Counted from the first letter of the stretch, positions 9,129 to 19,779 are shown. The stretch: 64,000 bases of DNA from Halioglobus sp. (GCA_036961445.1 JBALVO010000001.1:2611-66610); one strand, 5' to 3'. The notes: generated from the letters alone by a model not told the origin. A program made the numbers and translations.

Positions 9129-9794
9129 TCAATTGCGCAGAGAAATTACTGGCCAACCCATTTCCTGAGCCCGGGCTAACAGTTTCTCGTCCGGGTCCAC
9201 TGCGACCGGATTGTCCACCAACTCCAGCAGTGGCAGGTCATTGTGTGAATCGCTGTAAAAATAAGCGCCGGCCAGTGTTGTATCACGCCCGGCCAACCAC
9301 TGATTGAGCCTGGTGACCTTACCTGCATGATAGGAGGGCACGCCGCTGGGTTCACCGGTATAGACACCATCTTTTATTTCACCCTCACAGGCCAGAATGT
9401 CCGGCACACCCAGGGCATCAGCAATGGGCTTGGTAATATACAAATTGGTGGCGGTAATGATTAACAGCTCATCTCCGCGCGCCCGGTGATCGGCGATCAG
9501 CTCAAAAGCCCTGGGCAGCATTATCGGCGTAATCTTGGCGGCCATAAAGGCCCTGTGCCAGGCGTCGAGCTGTTCTTTGGGGTGGCCTATCAGCGGACCC
9601 AGGGCGAAGCGCAGATAGGCGTCGATATCCAGGCTGCCGGCCTTATAGTCCTGATAAAATTGCGCATTGCGTTCAGCAAAATGAGTGCTGTCGACCAGGC
9701 CCTGCTCACAGACAAAAATGCCCCACAGATTGTCGCTGTCACCACCGATAAGGGTGTTATCCAGGTCAAAAATTGCCAGTGTCACAAGATACAC
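9129..9794 (-). CDS. HAD-IB family hydrolase (phosphoserine-phosphatase-like)
   Basis: 221 aa. HAD motif I FDLDNTL, LIITATN, C-terminal YSDSHNDLPLL. GTG start; an alternative GTG lies at 9785. Divergent from rppH as in Pseudomonas. Confidence 0.85.
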   Translation of the reverse strand: MYLVTLAIFDLDNTLIGGDSDNLWGIFVCEQGLVDSTHFAERNAQFYQDYKAGSLDIDAYLRFALGPLIGHPKEQLDAWHRAFMAAKITPIMLPRAFELIADHRARGDELLIITATNLYITKPIADALGVPDILACEGEIKDGVYTGEPSGVPSYHAGKVTRLNQWLAGRDTTLAGAYFYSDSHNDLPLLELVDNPVAVDPDEKLLARAQEMGWPVISLRN

Positions 9795-9902
9795 CTCAAA
9801 AAATGATCGCTCAGCATAGCCGCTGCTTTATCCATAGTAAATTTCTCAGGGCTGCGAAAGTGTGGAACAATGAGCGGCATTAATAATTGATGGCGCCTTG
9901 AA

Positions 9903-10403
9903 GTGATCGATTCAGACGGCTTCCGGCCGAATGTAGGAATAGTGTTGGCTAATGACCGGGGTCAGGTAATGTGGGCGCGCCGGGTAGGTGGTCGCGATGC
10001 CTGGCAGTTCCCTCAGGGTGGTATTGATGCGGGCGAATCCCCGGAGCAGGCACTGTACCGTGAATTGCACGAAGAAGTTGGTTTGTCACCGGACGCGGTG
10101 GAGATTCTGGGTTCTACGCAGGGCTGGTTGCGCTATCGGCTTCCCCAGCGATTTTTGCGCAAAGGGCAGAAACCCCTGTGTATCGGCCAGAAGCAGAAGT
10201 GGTATTTACTGCGCATGCTCAAGGATGACGGCGCTGTGCAACTGGACCTGAACGAGAAACCCGAGTTTGATCATTGGCAGTGGGTCAGTTATTGGTATCC
10301 GCTGAACCAGGTGATAGCCTTCAAGCGGGAAGTTTACCGCAAGGCAATGAAAGAACTGGCGTTGCCCCTTGGACGTCATACTCAAAAGCGAGCGGAGCTC
10401 TAA
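9903..10403 (+). CDS. rppH: RNA pyrophosphohydrolase (Nudix)
   Basis: 166 aa. Nudix box [26 protein letters not shown] start. Upstream of ptsP. Confidence 0.92.
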   Translation: MIDSDGFRPNVGIVLANDRGQVMWARRVGGRDAWQFPQGGIDAGESPEQALYRELHEEVGLSPDAVEILGSTQGWLRYRLPQRFLRKGQKPLCIGQKQKWYLLRMLKDDGAVQLDLNEKPEFDHWQWVSYWYPLNQVIAFKREVYRKAMKELALPLGRHTQKRAEL

Positions 10404-10409
10404 ATCCCC

Positions 10410-12683
10410 ATGCTTGAGACACTGCGCAATATCGTACAGGAGGTCAATTCAGCAGAAGGGCTGGGTGATGCCCTGCAAATTATCGTTGAGCGTGTGCGCG
10501 ATGCTATGGGTACTGAGGTATGTAGCGTTTATATGCGCGACCTGAGCACTGACCGTTATGTCTTTCGTGCCACCAAAGGCTTAAACGAAAGCCTTATAGG
10601 GCAGGCCAGTCTTGCTGCTGGCGAGGGGCTGGTGGGTCTGGTGGCTGAACGCGAAGAGCCGGTTAACCTGGAGAATGCCGCAAACCATCCCAGTTTTCAG
10701 TTTCTTCCCGGTATTGGCGAAGAGCAGTACAGTGCATTTCTGGGTGTCCCCATCATTCATCAGCGCGATGTACTGGGGGTGCTGGTAGTACAGCAGGCCC
10801 AGCAACGCCGTTTCGATGAGAGTGATGAAGCTTTCCTGGTTACCATGTCGGCCCAGTTGGCCGGTGTTATTGCCCATGCCCAGGTGACGGGTGCGGTGCA
10901 ACATGAAACCCTGACCGGAGTTGCGACACCAGCCAAAGTCAGTGGCGTACCCGGCGCTCCCGGTATTGCTATTGGTACTGCTGTGGTGGTTTCGCCAGTA
11001 GCGGATCTTTACGCCGTGCCCCAGCGCAGCATTGCAAACAATGAACGGCGGGCCGAGTTACATGCGTTCAGGGAAGCCCTGGGAGGTGTGCGTAAAGATA
11101 TCCAGGCCGTGGCGGACCAACTGGGGGGAGAGCTCAACCCGGAAGACCATGCCCTGTTTGATGTCTACCTGGGTATTCTGGACGACTCGGCTATCGGCCT
11201 TGAAGTGGTTCGGCTGATCAAGAGTGGGCAGTGGGCTCAGGGGGCGTTAAGCCAGGTAATGATCTCGCACATTCGCCACTTCGAGCGCATGGAGCACAGT
11301 TACCTGAAAGAGCGTGCCGTCGATGTTAAAGATCTGGGTACGCGAATGCTCGCATACTTGCAGGCAGCAGATAAGGAAGTGCGGAGCTATCCCGACCAGA
11401 CCATTCTGGTGGGAGAGGAGTTGACGGCCTCTTCTTTGGGGGAAATTCCCCGGGAAAAGTTGGCAGGCTTGATTTCAGTGCGTGGCTCGGGCAATTCCCA
11501 TGTCGCGATATTGGCCCGGGCAATGGGCGTGCCCACCGTCATGGGGGCCGTGGATTTACCATACACCAGACTGCAGGACCGGGAGATGGTGATCGACGGC
11601 TACAATGGCACGGTGCACCTCAACCCGTTGCCGGAAGTAAAGCGCCGTTTTCAGCGAGTCCTCGACGATGACCGGGCCCTGTCCCGTGACCTGGAGTCGC
11701 TGCGGGATGAGCCTTGCATAACGCTTGATGGACATCGCATGCCACTGTGGGTCAATACCGGCCTTATGGTGGATGTGACCCGGTCTCTGGAGCAGGGTGC
11801 TGAGGGCGTGGGCCTGTACCGCACGGAAGTGCCCTTCCTGTTGCGGGATCGATTTCCCAGCGAAGAGGATCAGCGGCAAATTTATCGCAATCAGCTGGAG
11901 GCCTTTTGCCCCAAGCCGGTGACCATGCGGACCCTGGATATCGGTGGGGACAAAGCCCTGCCTTACTTTCCCATCGAGGAAGACAACCCGTTCCTGGGAT
12001 GGCGCGGTATTCGCGTGACACTGGATCATCCGGAGATCTTCCTGGCCCAGATTCGCGCCATGCTCAAGGCTAACGAAGGGCTGGGTAATCTGCGAATTAT
12101 GCTGCCCATGGTGTGTAATATGTCGGAGCTGGAGGAGGCCCTGAAGCTGATCCATCGCAGTCATAGGGAGCTCCTGCAGGAGGGACTCAGTGGCGAGTTG
12201 CCGCCTATAGGCGTGATGGTCGAAGTGCCATCAGCGGTCTACCAGGCCCGGGCCATGGCAAGGCTGGTAGACTTCATGTCCGTAGGTAGCAATGACCTGA
12301 CGCAGTACCTGCTGGCAGTGGATCGCAATAATGCCCGCGTGGCGGATCTGTATCACACGCTGCACCCGGCGGTGTTGCAGGCGCTGTGCGACGTAGCGCA
12401 GGCGAGTCGAGATGAGGGTATACCCATCAGTATTTGCGGCGAATTGGCAGGTGAACCGGAAGGCGCCGTGTTGCTGCTGGCCATGGGTTACGATGTCCTT
12501 TCAATGAACGCCACCAGCCTGCTTAAGGTTAAGAAAGCCCTGCGCAACGTTAACCTTTCTGAAGCGCGGGAACTGCTCGCCGAAGTTATGGAAATGGACC
12601 GGGCGGTTGCTATTCAAAAGCGACTGGAGCAATTTCTTACCGAGCATGGTATGGAAAAATTTATCCACAACCCAGTGGCTTAA
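10410..12683 (+). CDS. ptsP: phosphoenolpyruvate-protein phosphotransferase PtsP (EI-Ntr, GAF + EI domains)
   Basis: 757 aa. N-terminal GAF domain. Phospho-His region GSGNSHVAILARAMGVPTV. PEP-utilizing C-terminus (FMSVGSNDLTQY). Confidence 0.95.
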   Translation: MLETLRNIVQEVNSAEGLGDALQIIVERVRDAMGTEVCSVYMRDLSTDRYVFRATKGLNESLIGQASLAAGEGLVGLVAEREEPVNLENAANHPSFQFLPGIGEEQYSAFLGVPIIHQRDVLGVLVVQQAQQRRFDESDEAFLVTMSAQLAGVIAHAQVTGAVQHETLTGVATPAKVSGVPGAPGIAIGTAVVVSPVADLYAVPQRSIANNERRAELHAFREALGGVRKDIQAVADQLGGELNPEDHALFDVYLGILDDSAIGLEVVRLIKSGQWAQGALSQVMISHIRHFERMEHSYLKERAVDVKDLGTRMLAYLQAADKEVRSYPDQTILVGEELTASSLGEIPREKLAGLISVRGSGNSHVAILARAMGVPTVMGAVDLPYTRLQDREMVIDGYNGTVHLNPLPEVKRRFQRVLDDDRALSRDLESLRDEPCITLDGHRMPLWVNTGLMVDVTRSLEQGAEGVGLYRTEVPFLLRDRFPSEEDQRQIYRNQLEAFCPKPVTMRTLDIGGDKALPYFPIEEDNPFLGWRGIRVTLDHPEIFLAQIRAMLKANEGLGNLRIMLPMVCNMSELEEALKLIHRSHRELLQEGLSGELPPIGVMVEVPSAVYQARAMARLVDFMSVGSNDLTQYLLAVDRNNARVADLYHTLHPAVLQALCDVAQASRDEGIPISICGELAGEPEGAVLLLAMGYDVLSMNATSLLKVKKALRNVNLSEARELLAEVMEMDRAVAIQKRLEQFLTEHGMEKFIHNPVA

Positions 12684-13456
12684 CGCAGCGCAAACTCGAA
12701 TTCCTGCGTCTGTCGTATGCTTCCCGACTCGCTGAAGCTCAGTTCCCGCCAGTTCACCCGGCCACAATTGTCTATCATTAAACTGGTGCTGGAGCGGGTG
12801 CCGTAGCTCTCGGTGACGATGAACTGGGCCGACAATAATTGATCCATCTCGCTGGCCAGACCATGTAAGTGCAGTGCGTCAGGATTTGCTAACTGTTGAT
12901 CGCTCACTACCGCAGTGAGTGCCTGGTGATTCACTGCGCCAGTATTGACCAGTTTTTGCAGTGCGAGTTTACCGCGTTCAACTTTGGGCCACGGCGTATT
13001 CAGGCTGGCGTTGCTCAGGCCATAGATCCCCGCTTCCAAACGCTGCGGCACGCGATTTGTCGCTATGCTGCTATTGCTGTAATACCACAGGCTGGACCGG
13101 TCTCCCAGTAGCAGGTTAAAGCCGGCATACCCCTGGGCGCGTTGTTCTACTGTGGCAAGATAAGCTTGAGGGCTTTGGTCCCCGACCAGGTAGTCCAGGG
13201 GCAATTCTCCACGCGAGCGAGGAGCGGGTGCTGTGCGTGAGGGGTCCCGGTAGTTGGTGATTGCGGCAAAGCGACCAGAGCGGGTGACGCCCATCCAGGT
13301 ACCACTCTGTTCCAGGTCCTTGCCCGCCAGTAGCTGTGGATATTGCGGCCAAAAATCAGCAACGGCAGTAGCCCTGGCGTGGAATTCGTCCCGATTGGCG
13401 GCAACCAGCAATGGGTAGCGAGAGGTCGCTTGGTGGGCAAAGATCAACAGGCACAT
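12680..13456 (-). CDS. NRDE family protein (TANGO2-like)
   Basis: N-terminal MCLL... start and the AANRDEF signature. Start trimmed to the ATG at 13456. Its stop shares the tetranucleotide TTAA with the ptsP stop. Confidence 0.75.
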   Translation of the reverse strand: MCLLIFAHQATSRYPLLVAANRDEFHARATAVADFWPQYPQLLAGKDLEQSGTWMGVTRSGRFAAITNYRDPSRTAPAPRSRGELPLDYLVGDQSPQAYLATVEQRAQGYAGFNLLLGDRSSLWYYSNSSIATNRVPQRLEAGIYGLSNASLNTPWPKVERGKLALQKLVNTGAVNHQALTAVVSDQQLANPDALHLHGLASEMDQLLSAQFIVTESYGTRSSTSLMIDNCGRVNWRELSFSESGSIRQTQEFEFALR

Positions 13457-13605
13457 CGCATCGGCTCCGCTCGATGGGGGGAAATAATTGTGAATCGCCA
13501 CGCGGTGGATGATAATACCGCCTTTATCAGCGCATTACTGCGCCTGACTATATAGGTTGGCGGTTTGGCTGCCTACTCACTAACACTCAACGCCGATACC
13601 CAACT

Positions 13606-14427
13606 ATGCTGTCTTACCCGCAAATAGATCCGGTCGCCATTGCCCTGGGCCCTGTCAAGGTTCATTGGTATGGCCTTGCCTACCTGACCGGCTTGGCCTT
13701 TGCGTGGTGGTTCGCAGTGCGTCGTACCAGGCAGCCATGGTCTGTGGTGCGGCGTGAGCAGGTAGACGACCTCATTTTTTATTCCGCCCTGGGAGTGGTG
13801 CTGGGGGGGAGGTTTGGCTACGCCCTGTTCTACGGTGGTGATAAATTAGCGCAGGATCCGACCTGGTTATTGCGAGTATGGCAAGGCGGTATGTCGTTTC
13901 ACGGTGGTTTTTTGGGTGTGTTGATCGCCATGTATATATTTGCGCGTCGCCAGCGCATAGGGTTTGGTTCCCTTATGGACTTTGTCGCACCGCTGGTGCC
14001 GCTTGGGCTTGGGTTGGGCCGACTGGGGAACTTTATCGGCCAGGAGCTCTGGGGCCGCCCAAGTGATGTTCCCTGGGCTATGGTGTTTCCGCGAGATCCG
14101 CTGCAGCTTGCTCGTCATCCGTCGCAGCTCTACCAGTTTGCGTTGGAGGGCGTGGTGTTGTTCATAATCCTGCTGTGGTATTCATCGCGAGAACGGCCAA
14201 CCTGGTCGGTAGCCGGAGTGTTCTCCCTCGGCTATGGTTGCCAGCGTTTTGTCGCGGAGTTTTTCCGCGAGCCGGATCAGCACATCGGCTTTCAGGCGCT
14301 GGGTTGGATGACCCGTGGACAACTGTTGTGCCTGCCCATGATTGCACTGGGCATCTACTTGATTGTAACTGCTTATAGAGGCGTCGCAGCCTCGTCACCC
14401 GCGGCCAAGGGGAAAATCCGTAAATGA
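13606..14427 (+). CDS. lgt: prolipoprotein diacylglyceryl transferase
   Basis: 273 aa polytopic protein. Lgt signatures ([34 protein letters not shown]-like [13 protein letters not shown]). Confidence 0.93.
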   Translation: MLSYPQIDPVAIALGPVKVHWYGLAYLTGLAFAWWFAVRRTRQPWSVVRREQVDDLIFYSALGVVLGGRFGYALFYGGDKLAQDPTWLLRVWQGGMSFHGGFLGVLIAMYIFARRQRIGFGSLMDFVAPLVPLGLGLGRLGNFIGQELWGRPSDVPWAMVFPRDPLQLARHPSQLYQFALEGVVLFIILLWYSSRERPTWSVAGVFSLGYGCQRFVAEFFREPDQHIGFQALGWMTRGQLLCLPMIALGIYLIVTAYRGVAASSPAAKGKIRK

Positions 14428-15257
14428 AGCAATACCTGGACCTACTGCAAGATATATTGGATAACGGCTCGGTTAAGGAAGATCGCACGGGCACTGGAAC
14501 ACTATCGGTGTTTGGCCGGCAATACCGCCATAACCTGGCCGATGGCTTCCCGTTGCTGACGACCAAGAAGCTGCATTTGAAGAGCATTATTAATGAGCTC
14601 ATCTGGTTTCTCAGTGGTGCCACTAATACACGCTGGCTCAATGACAACGGCGTGTCGATCTGGAACGAATGGGCGACCCAGGAGGGGGAGTTGGGCCCGA
14701 TTTACGGCGCCCAGTGGACAGCGTGGCCCACGAGCGATGGCGGCAGCATAAACCAGATAGATTACGTGGTGGATTGCTTGCGTAATAATCCGAACAGTCG
14801 GCGTATTCTTTTTCATGGCTGGAATGTAGAGTATCTGCCCGACGAACGGGTCAGTCCCCAGGACAACGTCAAAGCCGGGCGCATGGCATTGCCCCCCTGC
14901 CACCTGCTGTACCAGTTTTATGTCGCGAATGGCAAACTCTCGGCGCAACTGTTTATTCGCTCCAGCGATTCCTTTCTTGGTTTGCCCTATAACACTGCCA
15001 GCCTGGCAGCGTTGACCATGATGTTGGCCCAGCAGTGTGATCTGGAGCCGGGAGAAATCATTATTTGTACCGGAGACTCTCATATTTATAGCAATCATAT
15101 GGCGCAGGTACAGGAGCAATTGGGGCGGGAGCCGCGACCCCTGCCGCGATTAAACCTGGTGCGCAGGCCCGGCAGTATTTACGACTATTGTTTCGAAGAT
15201 TTCGAGCTGGTGGACTACCAGCCTCACGCACATATAGCCGCCCCGGTAGCGGTGTAG
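14424..15257 (+). CDS. thyA: thymidylate synthase
   Basis: 277 aa. DRTGTGT, catalytic [24 protein letters not shown] overlap with the lgt stop. Confidence 0.96.
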   Translation: MKQYLDLLQDILDNGSVKEDRTGTGTLSVFGRQYRHNLADGFPLLTTKKLHLKSIINELIWFLSGATNTRWLNDNGVSIWNEWATQEGELGPIYGAQWTAWPTSDGGSINQIDYVVDCLRNNPNSRRILFHGWNVEYLPDERVSPQDNVKAGRMALPPCHLLYQFYVANGKLSAQLFIRSSDSFLGLPYNTASLAALTMMLAQQCDLEPGEIIICTGDSHIYSNHMAQVQEQLGREPRPLPRLNLVRRPGSIYDYCFEDFELVDYQPHAHIAAPVAV

Positions 15258-15266
15258 GCCCGTCGT

Positions 15267-15779
15267 ATGATTCGTCTCGCAGTTATTGTCGCCGCCGCAG
15301 AGAATGGCGTGATTGGTTGCGATAATGCGCTGCCATGGCATCTCCCGAAAGACCTGCGTTACTTCAAGCGGGTCACTATAGGCAAGCCCATTGTGATGGG
15401 CCGCAAGACCTTCGAGTCTATCGGCCGACCACTGCCCGGGCGCAGCAATATTGTCATTTCCCGCAACGCCGAATTCGTGGCCGACGGTGTGCAAGCGGTG
15501 GTTTCGCTGGATCAGGCGCTGGCCCTGGCAGCAGAGATTGCAGTGGCCGATGGGGTGGCTGAAGTGGTGGTAATCGGTGGCGCACAAATATACCGGGCGG
15601 CGATTCCCCGGGCCGATCGCTTGTATATCACCGAGGTGCACGCCAAGGTGGAGGGTGATGCCCTGCTGCCGTCTATTGACTGGACGCAGTGGCTTGAAGT
15701 CGGGCGGGAACGGTTCCCGGCTGCGGATGCCAATCCTTACGATTACAGCTTTGTAGTCTATGATCGTGTGGAAAGCTGA
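15267..15779 (+). CDS. folA: dihydrofolate reductase
   Basis: 170 aa. GVIGCDNALPWHLPKDLRYFK, MGRKTFESIGRPLPGR, VIGGAQIY. Confidence 0.95.
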   Translation: MIRLAVIVAAAENGVIGCDNALPWHLPKDLRYFKRVTIGKPIVMGRKTFESIGRPLPGRSNIVISRNAEFVADGVQAVVSLDQALALAAEIAVADGVAEVVVIGGAQIYRAAIPRADRLYITEVHAKVEGDALLPSIDWTQWLEVGRERFPAADANPYDYSFVVYDRVES

Positions 15780-16025
15780 GTCGGTAAAGTGTTCACTGAA
15801 CACTGTTACCAGGAGGTGAATATGACCCCAAAAGTGTAACCAAAATACACAGACCGTTTTAATGCTGTCTATGCATAGGCGCTTTCATTGAAAAGGGACG
15901 CCTAATTGGTTTAAATTCGCTGGCTCGGTTTACCGACTCCGGATTCTCCACTATATAAAGAAGGAGCGGGTCCAGTTTTTATAAGCCCTGAATAATTTTG
16001 TTGGAATATAGGAAATACGATTCCC

Positions 16026-16811
16026 ATGACTAAGCACCGATTTAAGAATGTATTGATCGCTGCGCTGGTATCTACAGGCGCCATTATTGGCACTGTGGCT
16101 GCGGTGCAAGCCAGTACACTGGATTCCATCCTGCAGGTTGGAGAAGCCAAAAATGAGACCGCACGTAAATCCCAGGTGAAAATCGACCGGTTGGCCGATG
16201 AAACCCGTGATCTTCTGGGCGACTATAAGACAGTGACCAAGCAGATTGATGGCCTTAAGGTCTACAATACTCGCTTGCAGCGACAGATCGATAACCAGGT
16301 CCTACGTATTACGCAGATCGATGAATCCATCAATCAGGTGACAGTGATTCAGCGTCAAATGACGCCGTTGGTCATTCGCATGATAGACGGTCTGGAGAAG
16401 TTCGTAGAGCTGGATGTGCCCTTCCATATGGATGAGCGTAATCAGCGTATCTCATTCTTGCGCGCCAACCTGGATCGCTCCGACGTAACAGTCGCAGAAA
16501 AATTTCGCCAGGTACTTGAAGCCTACAAAATTGAGAACGAGTACGGTCGCAAGATTAGTTCCTATAAAGATACTGTGGAAATTGACGGCGTAGATCGTGA
16601 AGTGGAATTTCTACAGGTTGGGCGCATCGCCCTGCTGTACCAAACAACAGACACCGAGCTCTCGGGCGCTTGGGACCAGCGCAGCCGCGCTTGGGTGCCC
16701 CTGGATCGTGGTGAATACCGCAGTGCGATCAGGAAGGGTCTGCGCATTGCCGCCAAACAGGCGTCTATCGACTTGATGAATCTGCCAGTAGCCGCGCCGG
16801 AGGCCCAGTAA
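16026..16811 (+). CDS. DUF3450-type periplasmic coiled-coil protein (TtpB-like, TonB2-system component)
   Basis: 261 aa. Signal peptide plus a long coiled coil. First gene of a TonB2-type cluster; the next gene starts at its stop. Confidence 0.7.
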   Translation: MTKHRFKNVLIAALVSTGAIIGTVAAVQASTLDSILQVGEAKNETARKSQVKIDRLADETRDLLGDYKTVTKQIDGLKVYNTRLQRQIDNQVLRITQIDESINQVTVIQRQMTPLVIRMIDGLEKFVELDVPFHMDERNQRISFLRANLDRSDVTVAEKFRQVLEAYKIENEYGRKISSYKDTVEIDGVDREVEFLQVGRIALLYQTTDTELSGAWDQRSRAWVPLDRGEYRSAIRKGLRIAAKQASIDLMNLPVAAPEAQ

Positions 16812-18199
16812 TGAGCATTAAATGTGTAACAGTCGCCGCCATTGCCATGTGTGGTGTACTAACGCTGTCTGCCGGTTCGGCGCTGGCGCAGGACGCTATG
16901 TCCCTGGATGAACTGCTGGGCTTCGTCAAGAAGGGCCAGATTAGTGAGAACAAGGAAAATGCCGCCCGCGAACAACGCTTCGCCAAGGATAAGGCTAATC
17001 AGGCCTCAGAGCTGAGTAAGGCCAAAGCTGAGCGTACACGTCAGGAGCAACTGAGCGCCCAGCTGGAAGACAAATTCGAGGCCAACGAACTACTCGTTAG
17101 CGCCAAACAGGCGCAGTTAAAAGAGAAGCTGGGCACCCTGGCGGAGTTGTTTGGTCACCTGACGTCTACTTCGGGTGATTTGGCGACCAATATGGAATTC
17201 TCCCTAACCAGCTCCCAGTACCCCGATCGCGAGGTGTTTTTGGAAGAGCTGATTGCCAAGATGAGTGGTTCCGACAGGCTGCCAAGCATTGAGGAAATCG
17301 AGCGCGTCTGGTATGAACTCAACCGTGAGATGGTTGAGTCTGGCAAGGTTGTATCCTTTACCGCAGAAGTGGCCAAACCCAACGGCGACAAAATCCAACA
17401 GAAAGTTGTTCGAATCGGTGCCTTCAACGTGGTGTCCGAAGATGGCATGTACCTGCAGTTCGTTCCGTCCAAGGGTTCCCTGGAAGCGTTGTCTCGTCAG
17501 CCTTCAGGACCCTTTATCGGTTGGGCCAAGAGCCTGGCAGGGGCGACTGATGGTATGCACAAGTTTGGTGTAGACCCTACCGGCCCCACTGGCGGCTCAT
17601 TTCTGGCGGCCTTGATCAATAGTCCGACCCTGGAAGAACGCTGGCATCAGGGCGGTTATGTTGGCTATGCCATCACCGCAGTGGGTGCCTTTGCCTTTGT
17701 TCTGGCTATCTGGCGCTTGATCGTGCTGACCACTGTAGGCGGAAGGGTCAGCTCTCAGCTGAAGAACGATAATGCGAATAGCAATAACCCGCTGGGCCGT
17801 GTGCTCAAGGTGCACGAAGACAACCCCGATATGGACACTGAAACACTCGAGCTGAAGCTCTCTGAGGGTATCCTCAAAGAGACTCCGAAGCTTGAGAGTG
17901 GACTGGTGTTGCTCAAGATTATTTCCGCGGTCGCACCGCTGATGGGTCTGCTGGGTACGGTGACAGGTATGATCATCACCTTCCAGGCGATCACCATCTT
18001 CGGTGCAGGGGATCCCAAGGCGATGGCTGGCGGTATCTCCGGTGCATTGGTGACCACGGTTCTGGGTCTGCTGGTTGCGATTCCAACGGTTCTGCTGCAT
18101 ACCATAGTGAACGGTCGCGCCCAGCGCATCATTCACGTTTTGAATGAGCAGACGACCGGTATTATTGCCGAGCACACCGAGGCTAACCTGAGGAAGTAA
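16811..18199 (+). CDS. ttpC: MotA/TolQ/ExbB proton-channel family protein with long periplasmic N-domain (TtpC-like)
   Basis: 462 aa. Signal or TM segment, then a coiled-coil N-domain, then a C-terminal MotA/ExbB channel motif (APLMGLLGTVTGMIITF). Confidence 0.8.
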   Translation: MSIKCVTVAAIAMCGVLTLSAGSALAQDAMSLDELLGFVKKGQISENKENAAREQRFAKDKANQASELSKAKAERTRQEQLSAQLEDKFEANELLVSAKQAQLKEKLGTLAELFGHLTSTSGDLATNMEFSLTSSQYPDREVFLEELIAKMSGSDRLPSIEEIERVWYELNREMVESGKVVSFTAEVAKPNGDKIQQKVVRIGAFNVVSEDGMYLQFVPSKGSLEALSRQPSGPFIGWAKSLAGATDGMHKFGVDPTGPTGGSFLAALINSPTLEERWHQGGYVGYAITAVGAFAFVLAIWRLIVLTTVGGRVSSQLKNDNANSNNPLGRVLKVHEDNPDMDTETLELKLSEGILKETPKLESGLVLLKIISAVAPLMGLLGTVTGMIITFQAITIFGAGDPKAMAGGISGALVTTVLGLLVAIPTVLLHTIVNGRAQRIIHVLNEQTTGIIAEHTEANLRK

Positions 18200-18201
18200 A
18201 T

Positions 18202-18729
18202 ATGTACTGGTTAGATAGTGCGTATGAGGCTGTCTCCCGCTTTATGGACATGGGAGGTGACGTACTCTGGTTGATCGCCGCTCTGCTGTTTGTAATGTGG
18301 ACGCTGATCTTCGAACGGGTATGGTATTTCAAGGCCAGCTGGAAGAAAGACGCGGGCAGGGCTATTGCTACCTGGGAGGGACGCTCCGAGCGCAAATCCT
18401 GGGCGGCAAAGCAGATCCGGGAAAAGCTGATTTCAGAGGCAAGAATCCAGATCAATCAGTATATGCCCGTCATTAAAACCATGGTGGCGTTGTGTCCCTT
18501 GCTGGGATTGTTAGGCACTGTGACTGGCATGATTGAAGTATTTAATATTATGGCGGTCACCGGTGGTGGTGATGCCAAGTCCATGGCCGGCGGTGTGTCC
18601 AGAGCGACAGTGCCGACGATGGCCGGGATGGTGGCAGCCCTGTCTGGGGTGTTCGCCAATACTTACGTTACCCGGATTGCCCAGCGCGAAAGCGAGTTCC
18701 TGGCAGACAATCTGACGACCGATCACTAA
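18202..18729 (+). CDS. exbB: ExbB/TolQ-type proton channel protein
   Basis: 175 aa. CPLLGLLGTVTGMIEVF motif and 3 TM segments. Confidence 0.88.
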   Translation: MYWLDSAYEAVSRFMDMGGDVLWLIAALLFVMWTLIFERVWYFKASWKKDAGRAIATWEGRSERKSWAAKQIREKLISEARIQINQYMPVIKTMVALCPLLGLLGTVTGMIEVFNIMAVTGGGDAKSMAGGVSRATVPTMAGMVAALSGVFANTYVTRIAQRESEFLADNLTTDH

Positions 18730-18742
18730 GAGAGCAATAGCA

Positions 18743-19150
18743 ATGCGCAGGAATAACCGAGCAGCCGCTGCCGACGACGAAGCCCAGATTGACTTGACGC
18801 CCATGTTGGACGTTGTGTTTATCATGTTGATCTTCTTTATCGTGACAGCGTCTTTCATCAAGGAGGCGGGGATAGAAGTTAACCGTCCGGAGGCATCCAC
18901 GTCGCAGCCCAAGGATAACGTAAACATCCTGATAGCAATCAGCGCTACGAATGAAATCTGGATGGATCAGCGTCGCGTCGATGTGCGCGCTGTGCGTGCC
19001 AATATCGAACGCCTGCATGCAGAGAACCCGAAAGGTGCCGTTGTGATTCAGGCAGATAATGAATCCAACACGGAGACTGTCGCAGCGGTTCTGGACTCGG
19101 CTAGAGAAGCGGGTGTGTACGATGTGTCATTGGCCACGGAAGATAAGTAG
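18743..19150 (+). CDS. exbD: biopolymer transporter ExbD
   Basis: 135 aa. IDLTPMLDVVFIMLIFFIV TM motif and an ExbD periplasmic domain. Confidence 0.9.
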   Translation: MRRNNRAAAADDEAQIDLTPMLDVVFIMLIFFIVTASFIKEAGIEVNRPEASTSQPKDNVNILIAISATNEIWMDQRRVDVRAVRANIERLHAENPKGAVVIQADNESNTETVAAVLDSAREAGVYDVSLATEDK

Positions 19151-19156
19151 TTCATT

Positions 19157-19765
19157 ATGAATCGCAATTTTTTCAGACTAATCATCGGTGGTTTGCTAGC
19201 GATTCCTGTTGCGGGTGGTCTGTTTTTCATCATGCAGTACTTGATCGCCTCGGCTGACCCTCAGATCGATGATAGTAAACAGCGTAAATTGGCTGACATT
19301 CACATGCCTGATCGTGAGATTGAAACCAATTTAAATGAGCAGAAACCGGACAAGGTCGATGATCCAGAAGAGCCACCGCCGGATATGGACACTCCTGATA
19401 TCGATATGGACATGGATGTTGAGGTGATTAATATGGCGCCCGCAGCTTCTGTCGATGTATCTATCAACAGTTCTGGTATGGCTTCGGGTGATGGCGAGTA
19501 TCTGCCTATTGTGAAAGTGGCACCTATTTATCCGCGCAGGGCGCAAACCCGGGGGATAAGCGGCTACTGTATTGTTGAGTACACTGTTACCGCCTCCGGC
19601 GCCATTCGTGATCCATTCGCAGTAGACTGTCAGCCGTCAGGTGTGTTCGAAAAGGCATCGCTAAAGGCGTCACTTAAGTTCAAGTACAAGCCTCGTGTGG
19701 TCGATGGCGAGCCCATCGAAGTTGCGGGTGTGCAGAACAAGTTCACTTACGAGTTGGAACAGTAA
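19157..19765 (+). CDS. tonB: energy transducer TonB
   Basis: 202 aa. N-terminal TM, an acidic/Pro linker (DDPEEPPPDMDTPD), and a TonB C-terminal domain (PIYPRRAQTRGISGYCIVEYTV...KFKYKPRVVDGEP). Confidence 0.88.
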   Translation: MNRNFFRLIIGGLLAIPVAGGLFFIMQYLIASADPQIDDSKQRKLADIHMPDREIETNLNEQKPDKVDDPEEPPPDMDTPDIDMDMDVEVINMAPAASVDVSINSSGMASGDGEYLPIVKVAPIYPRRAQTRGISGYCIVEYTVTASGAIRDPFAVDCQPSGVFEKASLKASLKFKYKPRVVDGEPIEVAGVQNKFTYELEQ

Positions 19766-19779
19766 ACGGTTAAAGCGTT

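Noticed and set aside
15150-15803. 217-aa ORF antisense to folA and the thyA 3' end.
   Set aside because: folA and thyA carry textbook motifs on the plus strand, so this is a shadow ORF.
15960-16025. Possible Fur box (GAATAATTTTGTTGGAATA) upstream of the TonB2 cluster.
   Set aside because: It matches the 19-bp Fur consensus GATAATGATAATCATTATC poorly and lacks dyad symmetry. It is not reportable as a site.
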